Virus record (IMG/VR): IMGVR_UViG_2651869845_000001
Direction: 5' to 3' (one strand)
Source of the DNA: an uncultured virus (IMG/VR IMGVR_UViG_2651869845_000001)
Taxonomy: Duplodnaviria > Heunggongvirae > Uroviricota > Caudoviricetes
DNA: 31,290 bases
Shown: positions 25,919 through 31,290 of the stretch, in pieces
Position numbering within the stretch: position 1 is the stretch's first letter
Layout: every line of letters begins with the position of its first letter
The notes under the pieces: generated by a model
Seen by the model: only the letters and a program-made list of their open reading frames with translations
Database searches by the model: none
Told to the model about the DNA's origin: nothing
Program-made: the position numbers and the translations under genes

Positions 25919-26526
25919 CAGGACTGATTACTGCGGGTGCCCTTCTTGGCGGCCACGACGACGAACAAGCCGAGCGCCGCACCACCGAGGAGGAGGCCCT
26001 TGTTGACCCCTCCGCCGCCGGTGCTGGCGTCGTTCGCGGCGGCCGCGGTCTGCACGTCGCTGGTGTTCGTGCTGGTGGAGTACTGGGCCTGGCAGTCATC
26101 GACGATGTCCCGGTGCGCCGGCGAACCGAGGGTCTTCCCGGAAAGGTGTGCGTTGGTCTTGACGCATTTGTCGACGGACGCCTGCCGGGCGTGTTCCTGA
26201 GTTACTACCGCCTTACGGTCTGCTTCCTCCTGCCGATTCAACTCACGGACTTTCTGTAGGTCGAGGGCCTTGGCCTGGAGGGCGATCTCCTGCTGCTTCG
26301 CTTCACTCTCCGCAACATTCCCGGCGTGAATCTGGTAGCCGATCAGTCCGGTACCGGCGATAACCACTGAACCGACGGCGATAACGGCCTTCCCGCGTTT
26401 CGTAAGACCGGGCTTCGTGGGGTGCGCGGGTGCACCGTAGGGGCCGGTCTGCGGGATGGTCTGCACGGGGATTTCTGTGCCCATTCCGGCAACGATCCGG
26501 TCGAATTCTTCGTTGGGGTCGGTCAT
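25918..26526 (-). CDS. Membrane protein with two TM segments and coiled coil (202 aa)
   Basis: KRGKAVIAVGSVVIAGTGLIGY and LLLGGAALGLFVVVAAKK hydrophobic stretches; Cys pair between. Confidence 0.8.
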   Translation of the reverse strand: MTDPNEEFDRIVAGMGTEIPVQTIPQTGPYGAPAHPTKPGLTKRGKAVIAVGSVVIAGTGLIGYQIHAGNVAESEAKQQEIALQAKALDLQKVRELNRQEEADRKAVVTQEHARQASVDKCVKTNAHLSGKTLGSPAHRDIVDDCQAQYSTSTNTSDVQTAAAANDASTGGGGVNKGLLLGGAALGLFVVVAAKKGTRSNQS

Positions 26527-26527
26527 T

Positions 26528-27061
26528 TCACTCTCCGTTCCTTCGGGCTTTTACTGCGGACTCTTTGATGAGGGTTTCGACGGCAGAAAACTGCTGGTCA
26601 GGGAGGTCGTTCCAGGCGAAGAACTGCATGCGGATTCCGGCGTCGGCGAGGACTTCCTGCATGTAGTCGACGGCCTTGTCGCGGGCGTGGGGGGTGACGT
26701 GCCCGGTTTTCTGGAGGAGGTTCTGGGCGCCGCGGACGCAGAGCCGGCCGGTGACGGTGACGTCCAGGGACTGGCACCACCCGTACCGGTGGAGGACGGC
26801 GAGGACTTGCAGGAGGTGTGTGGAGGGGGGTTGGGGGGTGGGGTCCTGCCACATGCCCAGGTCGGCGAGGAGCCCGCGTACGGGGGCGGGGAGGAACCGG
26901 TGCCCCCATGACGGGGTGTCGGGTGCTGCCGCGTAGGCGGGGAGGGTGGCGAGGGCTTCGTCGACCAGCTGCTGAGTGGTCTTCGTACGCAGGGGCGTAC
27001 CCGCGACCGGCCCCGCCTGGGGGGCGGGGGCCGGCGCGGAGCGGGTGATCAGGTGCGGCAC
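26528..27061 (-). CDS. Hypothetical protein, DUF6197-like (177 aa)
   Basis: GTG 27061 with GGAAGG RBS; LHRYGWCQ..GRLCVRGA..AWND pattern. Confidence 0.7.
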   Translation of the reverse strand: MPHLITRSAPAPAPQAGPVAGTPLRTKTTQQLVDEALATLPAYAAAPDTPSWGHRFLPAPVRGLLADLGMWQDPTPQPPSTHLLQVLAVLHRYGWCQSLDVTVTGRLCVRGAQNLLQKTGHVTPHARDKAVDYMQEVLADAGIRMQFFAWNDLPDQQFSAVETLIKESAVKARRNGE

Positions 27062-27095
27062 GTGCGTTCCTTCCTGGCGGGGTGGGTGAGGCGGT

Positions 27096-28097
27096 TTAGA
27101 GGTAGCCGCCGTCGGTGGCGGCGCGCTGGCGGTTGATGCGGGACAGGACGGTGCGGACGTAGTTGGCGTCCGCATCAACGCCGTGATGCGCGAGGCGCTT
27201 CACGATCTGCGGCGCCGATGCGGCGGGGTCCGCATCACGCATCGCGCGGACTGCGGCGGCCTTGCTCATGCCGGCGAGGTGGAGCGCTTCACTGTCGCCG
27301 TGGGGCGCCGCATCACCGGCTGCCGTGGTCCGCGTCAGGGGCGCATCACGGTTCTCATCAGCGGCTTCACTGAGCGCAGCAGTACGGTGCGCGGCCGCGG
27401 TGAGCATGGTCTGCTGCGTCTGCTTGGCGCTGAACGCGGCGGGCGCATCACTGACGAGGCGGGACTGCTGCGCATCGGTGATGCGGGGCGTATCAGTGTC
27501 CGTGTCACCGGTGACGTCGATGGTGCGGCGGCGCATCAGTTCGCGGGTCTTGTCCTGCCGCATCAGTTCGATGTCGAAGTCGACGGACACTTCGGCCATG
27601 TGGCGTTCGGCGCCCATCTCGCGGCGGCGCATCTCGATGCCGTGCTGGGCTTCCTCGAAGGCCATGCCGCGTTCCATGCGGGCGAGGGCGTGGTTCTCTT
27701 CGTCGGTGAGGGCGGCGGGGTTGCGCATGTCGGCGAGGGCGAGGACCCAGACGGCTTTGGCACCGAAGGGGAGGAAGGGGCCGGCGGCGGCCATGGCGAG
27801 GCTGTTCTTCTCGATGCCGTGCATGGCGAGGAAGCCGGCGACGATGAGGAGGGTGATCCAGCCGAAGGCGGGGACGACCCAGGGTTTTTCGGTGACGCGG
27901 AGGCCGCGGGCTTCGGCGATGATGACGGATCCCCAGATGATGTCGGCGCCGGCGGCGACGGTGGCGCCGATGAGGCCGGTTCCGAGGAGGTCGACGAGGC
28001 TCCAGGTGGTCCAGGCGAGGGAGGCCAGGGAGAGGAGCGCGGCCGGGTAGAGGAGCGGTGAGAGGCGCCGCTGGGGGGTGGTGGGGTTGGTCTTCAT
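27096..28097 (-). CDS. SpdB-like spread protein: ~4 TM helices, coiled coil, C-terminal HTH-like domain (333 aa)
   Basis: Hydrophobic N-terminal 120 aa (LAWTTWSLVDLL..), charged helix, C-terminal SKAAAVR..SAPQIVKRLAHHGVDADANYVRTVLSR. Confidence 0.75.
   Translation of the reverse strand: MKTNPTTPQRRLSPLLYPAALLSLASLAWTTWSLVDLLGTGLIGATVAAGADIIWGSVIIAEARGLRVTEKPWVVPAFGWITLLIVAGFLAMHGIEKNSLAMAAAGPFLPFGAKAVWVLALADMRNPAALTDEENHALARMERGMAFEEAQHGIEMRRREMGAERHMAEVSVDFDIELMRQDKTRELMRRRTIDVTGDTDTDTPRITDAQQSRLVSDAPAAFSAKQTQQTMLTAAAHRTAALSEAADENRDAPLTRTTAAGDAAPHGDSEALHLAGMSKAAAVRAMRDADPAASAPQIVKRLAHHGVDADANYVRTVLSRINRQRAATDGGYL
27134..27565. repeat. CGCATCA/TGATGCG repeat array inside SpdB-like gene
   Basis: Exact cgcatca at 27171, 27231, 27309, 27342, 27444, 27532, 27559; tgatgcg at 27134, 27184, 27479; further one-mismatch copies. 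Confidence 0.9.
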
Positions 28098-28145
28098 GGC
28101 GGTCGGTTCCTTCCTGGTCGGTGGTGAGCGGGGGCTGGTGGGTGG

Positions 28146-28706
28146 TTAGGCGGCTTGGGTGAGGTGGAGGTTGAGCCAGGTCTCGTAGACGCCGGCGACC
28201 CAGTGCTCGTCGGGTTTGGTGCCGTGGGCGTCTTCGAAGGAGGCCAGGCCCTGCTCGGTGGTCCAGGCCCAGTGGCCGATGGCGTCCTGTCGGCGTCGCG
28301 CGTCGGCCAGGATCTTGTTGTGGTCGAAGGCCAGGTTGTTGCCGGGGTTGGCGATCGGGTTCCACTGGACGGAAGTGGCGTCGTCTCCGGCGCGGGCTGT
28401 GGTGCCGGCGGGGACGGTGACGGTGTAGGCGACGGTGACGTACCGTCCGCGGGGGTCGCGGTTGGGGTCGTCGTAGACGCCGATGAGGGTGAGGTCGTCT
28501 TCGGTGACGTGGATGCCGGTCTCTTCGAGGAGTTCGCGTACGGCGGCCTGCTTGGCGGTTTCGCCGGGGTCGACGTGGCCGCCGGGGAGGGCGAGGTGGC
28601 CTTTGTAGGGGGGCCAGCCGCGGTTGATGAGGAGGACGTTGCCGTCGGGGGTGGTGGCTACGACGTCGGCGGTGTAGCGGATGGTCTCGAGGTCTTCGGT
28701 TGCCAT
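28146..28706 (-). CDS. Nudix hydrolase (186 aa)
   Basis: Nudix box GGHVDPGETAKQAAVRELLEETGI, RDPRG, AGDDA, LAFDH; ATG 28706 with AAAGGA RBS. Confidence 0.93.
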   Translation of the reverse strand: MATEDLETIRYTADVVATTPDGNVLLINRGWPPYKGHLALPGGHVDPGETAKQAAVRELLEETGIHVTEDDLTLIGVYDDPNRDPRGRYVTVAYTVTVPAGTTARAGDDATSVQWNPIANPGNNLAFDHNKILADARRRQDAIGHWAWTTEQGLASFEDAHGTKPDEHWVAGVYETWLNLHLTQAA

Positions 28707-28776
28707 GGGTGGTCCTTTCTGCGGGTTGGGGGTGGGGGCCGGTCTGTCGGCTCGACCGGCCCCCAGGGGTGGGTGG

Positions 28777-29175
28777 TTAGGGGGTGTCGATGTGGGCGAT
28801 GGCGTCGGCGATGGTCTGGCGGGGTGCGAACTGTTCGGTGAGGTGGGCGTGCTGCTCGCCCAGGTGCTGGATGTCCTTCTGTCGATCAAGGGGGAGGTTG
28901 CGGAGGGTGGGGTTGGTGTCGGGGTTGGTGAGTCGGGTGATGAGGAGGGTGAGGGCGGTGAGGATGTCCGTGCCCTCCGCCCCGGCGAGGCTGTAGAGGA
29001 CGGTCTGGGTCTGCGCCTTGGTGAGGCGTTCCATGGCGAGGGACTCAAGACCGTGGCGGATCTGGTCGATGCCGTAGTGCACGCCGTCCAGGTCGGCGAG
29101 GACGCCGGCGAGGTCGTCGTCGACGGCCGGGATTGCGTTGCCGGGTGTGTGGAGGGGGCCCAGGTAGTCGCCCAT
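28777..29175 (-). CDS. Hypothetical protein (132 aa)
   Basis: Coding-like codon bias; 1-nt overlap with upstream stop. Confidence 0.75.
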   Translation of the reverse strand: MGDYLGPLHTPGNAIPAVDDDLAGVLADLDGVHYGIDQIRHGLESLAMERLTKAQTQTVLYSLAGAEGTDILTALTLLITRLTNPDTNPTLRNLPLDRQKDIQHLGEQHAHLTEQFAPRQTIADAIAHIDTP

Positions 29176-29522
29176 CAGAGTTCCCCGTCCTGTTCGGCCT
29201 GCGGGTCGGCGACCTGCCCGAACATGTCGTCCATGGCCCGGATCGCGTTCATCTGCTGACCAGCCGGCACGTCACGCAGGACCGTGTGGGTGAGGTCGAT
29301 CAGGTCCAGGGCGTCGTACAGGTCTTCGATGTCGGCGACCAGGAGGTTGTGCAGGTGCTGGTCGATGAGCCCGGTGGTGAGGTCGCGGAAGTGGAGGGTG
29401 GTGTCGAGGACGTTGGTTCCGACCTGGGAGGGGTCGGCGGTGACCGGGGTGAGGGCGTCCTCGACAGCGGCGGTCAGCTGCGGGTCTGCCTCAAAGGGCA
29501 TGTCGGCGGCGTTCATGGTCAC
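29175..29522 (-). CDS. Hypothetical acidic protein (115 aa)
   Basis: Coding-like codon bias; coupled to both neighbours. Confidence 0.75.
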   Translation of the reverse strand: MTMNAADMPFEADPQLTAAVEDALTPVTADPSQVGTNVLDTTLHFRDLTTGLIDQHLHNLLVADIEDLYDALDLIDLTHTVLRDVPAGQQMNAIRAMDDMFGQVADPQAEQDGEL

Positions 29523-29641
29523 CAGCCCCTGATGTTCAGGGCGCGGCGCCGGGCTGCGGGCTCCGTGGGCAGCGGGCGCGCCGGGGGCTGCTCGGTGGCC
29601 GGCTTGTCCTTCGGGGCCGGCGCCGGGTCGGTGGCGATCAT
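29519..29641 (-). CDS. Small 40-aa ORF (MIATDPAPAPKDKPATEQPPARPLPTEPAARRRALNIRGW)
   Basis: Not in track; ATGA overlap upstream and GTGA overlap downstream, fills the gap exactly. Confidence 0.65.
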   Translation of the reverse strand: MIATDPAPAPKDKPATEQPPARPLPTEPAARRRALNIRGW

Positions 29642-30033
29642 GCGGCCACCGCCCGGGTGGAGCGAATGTTGATCGTGGCGAACCGGCCGACGCGCGTCAC
29701 GGTCCCAGTAAGCGTGACTCGTGATCCTGCGTGAAGAACCCTGCTCAAGTTCGGCAGCGTGTTCCGGTCGACGGTGAAGATGGCCGTGCCGGTGTTGTTC
29801 TCGACAACCCCTCGGGCGCCACCGTCGGCGGAGGGCGAGAAGGACTGCACGTACACCGTGGCTTGCACGGTGGCATCGGTCTGCGCGTGTCGCAGAACCT
29901 GGGACTTCTGTCCGGCAGGTCCTGTGATCTGGACCCTGAGTCCGCCGGGGCCTTCCAAGGGCCGGCGCGGCCGGAAGACCGGGCGTGCGGTGTCGGTGGC
30001 CAGCGTGTTGTGCTGGATGGCATGCTGATCCAT
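29638..30033 (-). CDS. Hypothetical protein, possible OB-fold (131 aa)
   Basis: ATG 30033 with AGGAGG RBS; beta-rich GVVENNTG..IFTV..LHAGSRVTLTGTV pattern. Confidence 0.7.
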   Translation of the reverse strand: MDQHAIQHNTLATDTARPVFRPRRPLEGPGGLRVQITGPAGQKSQVLRHAQTDATVQATVYVQSFSPSADGGARGVVENNTGTAIFTVDRNTLPNLSRVLHAGSRVTLTGTVTRVGRFATINIRSTRAVAA

Positions 30034-30127
30034 GCGGATCGGCCTCCTGTTACGGCAGGTAGGGCTTTTCTGTTGGAAGGCCTCGGGCACTGGCGGTGCA
30101 ACGCTGGTGTTCCGGGGCCTGACTTCT

Positions 30128-30340
30128 TCAGGCGACAGCGGACTCGCTCAGGAAGCTGTCGACGGCCGACTTCGGAATGCGGAGCCCGCGGGCTCGCAGC
30201 TGTCCGGTGCCGAAGCGGTGCGCGTTGATGCGCTTCTCCCTGACCAGTCGACGAACGGTCTGCGGGTGAAGCTTCAGAATCGCCCCGACCTGCACGGCGT
30301 CCAGCAGATCGTTGGTCTCATCCGCGTTCTGCTTGTCCAC
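30128..30340 (-). CDS. Excisionase-like HTH DNA-binding protein (70 aa)
   Basis: LLDAVQVGAILKLHPQTVRRLVREKRINAHRFG..LRIPKSAVDSFL (HTH_17/MerR-like); GTG 30340 with AAGGAG RBS. Confidence 0.88.
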   Translation of the reverse strand: MDKQNADETNDLLDAVQVGAILKLHPQTVRRLVREKRINAHRFGTGQLRARGLRIPKSAVDSFLSESAVA

Positions 30341-30375
30341 GGGCTTCTCCTTCCTGGTCGACATCAAGGGTTGCA

Positions 30376-30430
30376 ACTTCCCTAGGGGAGTCACTTGCTT
30401 CATTGAAGACCAGTTCCCTATGGGAGTCAA
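30376..30430 (-). promoter_or_regulatory. Promoter with two imperfect palindromic operators
   Basis: acttccctaggggagtca (30376-30393) and agttccctatgggagtca (30412-30429); minus strand TTGACT-17 nt-TTCAAT. Confidence 0.75.
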
Positions 30431-30454
30431 GCGCTCCGAGCGAACACGGCCCGA

Positions 30455-30495
30455 GAAAACAAAAAAGCCCCCACCAGCGGGGGCTGATGGGGGCT
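30455..30495 (-). terminator. Rho-independent terminator after GntR gene
   Basis: Minus strand AGCCCCCATCAGC-CCCC-GCTGGTGGGGGCT followed by TTTTTGTTTTC. Confidence 0.85.
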
Positions 30496-30507
30496 CAGGA
30501 GTGCGGG

Positions 30508-31272
30508 TCAGTCCGTGAAGTCGTACTCCATGACGAACCGAGAGGCGTCCAAGGTCATGTCGTTGACCTCCACGATCCGGCCCTCCGCGTCGGCGGCCGT
30601 ACGGACGATGTGCATGATGGGCGTGCCGGCGCCCATGCTCAGGCGCTCCGCTCCCTCGGGCTGCGGCATCCTCGCCCGCAGCTCCTCACGGAACCGCTTG
30701 GGCTCGTGCCCAAGGTCGGCAAGGCGGGCATAGATACCCCCGGGGCCGGTGTCGACCTGCATGATGGGCGAACCAGCGACTACGTCCATGGGCAGGTAGG
30801 ACACGGCGGACATCACGGGGACGCCTTCGACCATGTAGATGCGGGAGCGTCGGCAGACCTTGAGGCCCGCGGGCAGGTCCATCGTTCGGGCGATGCCATC
30901 AGGCGGGTCGACTTCTTCGGGTTGTTCGTTGGCCGGGATCATGTCGCGGTCGTGTACGTCTACGGACCACATCGACTGGCCGGCGCCCCATAGTTCCTTG
31001 GATAGGCGCTTGGTGGCGTTCCGGCGGATGGGTTGGAACGACCGGACGAAGAATCCCCTGCCGTGCTGGCTCTCGAGGAGCCCTTGGTCGCGAAGGGAGA
31101 CCAGGGCGTTCCTGGCGGTCATCTTGGACACGCCGTACTGCGCGACGAGCTGTGTTTCGCTGGGGGCTTTGTCGCCGGGGGCGAGGGATCCGTCGTGGAT
31201 CAGGGCGCGCAGGTCCGCCGCGATCCGCTGGAAGTGCGGTTGCGTTCGGCTCTGTGGCTTCTGGTCCGACAA
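30508..31272 (-). CDS. GntR-family (HutC/UTRA) repressor, KorSA/TraR-like
   Basis: wHTH PSETQLVAQYGVSKMTARNAL..GRGFFV plus UTRA-type C-terminus; TTG start with AAGGAG RBS. Confidence 0.93.
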   Translation of the reverse strand: MSDQKPQSRTQPHFQRIAADLRALIHDGSLAPGDKAPSETQLVAQYGVSKMTARNALVSLRDQGLLESQHGRGFFVRSFQPIRRNATKRLSKELWGAGQSMWSVDVHDRDMIPANEQPEEVDPPDGIARTMDLPAGLKVCRRSRIYMVEGVPVMSAVSYLPMDVVAGSPIMQVDTGPGGIYARLADLGHEPKRFREELRARMPQPEGAERLSMGAGTPIMHIVRTAADAEGRIVEVNDMTLDASRFVMEYDFTD

Positions 31273-31290
31273 CGACGTCTCCTTCGGTGA

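Larger units (their letters stand above)
20990..31272 (-). mobile_element. Actinomycete conjugative transfer/spread-like module (AICE/plasmid type)
   Basis: GntR-UTRA regulator, Xis-like HTH, Nudix, SpdB-like membrane protein and FtsK/SpoIIIE ATPase: the gene classes of pSAM2-like elements and Streptomyces conjugative plasmids. Confidence 0.75.

Noticed and set aside
27134..27565. Repeat array as CRISPR
   Set aside because: Only 7-8 bp, irregular spacing, both orientations, inside a CDS; no cas genes.
30341..30430. Track N-terminal extension of the HTH gene (likewise extensions of ORFs at 9658, 9915, 10810, 12501, 14868, 20906, 27178, 29048, 30090)
   Set aside because: They overlap operators, intergenic structures or neighbouring genes; downstream starts have RBSs or stop-start overlaps.
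1..31290. Integrase, att site, tRNA, lysis or replication genes
   Set aside because: None recognisable in the window, so integrated vs plasmid state cannot be determined.

Overview
High-GC (Streptomyces-like) mobile element with every real gene on the minus strand. Positions 1-20,666 are an apparently intact siphovirus packaging/head/tail module: TerS, TerL, portal, scaffold, decoration protein, major capsid, head-tail genes, tail tube, G/GT chaperones with a GGGAAAA -1 frameshift, tape measure, Dit and minor tails. TerL carries a Gln-initiated class 3 intein with a LAGLIDADG endonuclease, inserted in its Walker A motif. Directly upstream (20,990-31,272), where phage replication genes usually sit, is an actinomycete conjugation/spread-type module: GntR-UTRA repressor, Xis-like HTH, Nudix hydrolase, SpdB-like membrane protein, two paralogous helical-hairpin proteins and a TraB-like FtsK/SpoIIIE ATPase. 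This suggests a conjugative prophage or plasmid-phage hybrid. Non-coding signals read from the sequence include a 14-bp motif behind a -10-like hexamer upstream of terS, portal and scaffold, and a ~40-nt leader shared by the capsid and tail-tube units. Others are a dense CGCATCA array inside the SpdB-like gene, a ~100-nt hairpin, paired operators, and near-identical hairpins bracketing the transfer module. All product calls come from motif recognition and synteny; no database search was run.
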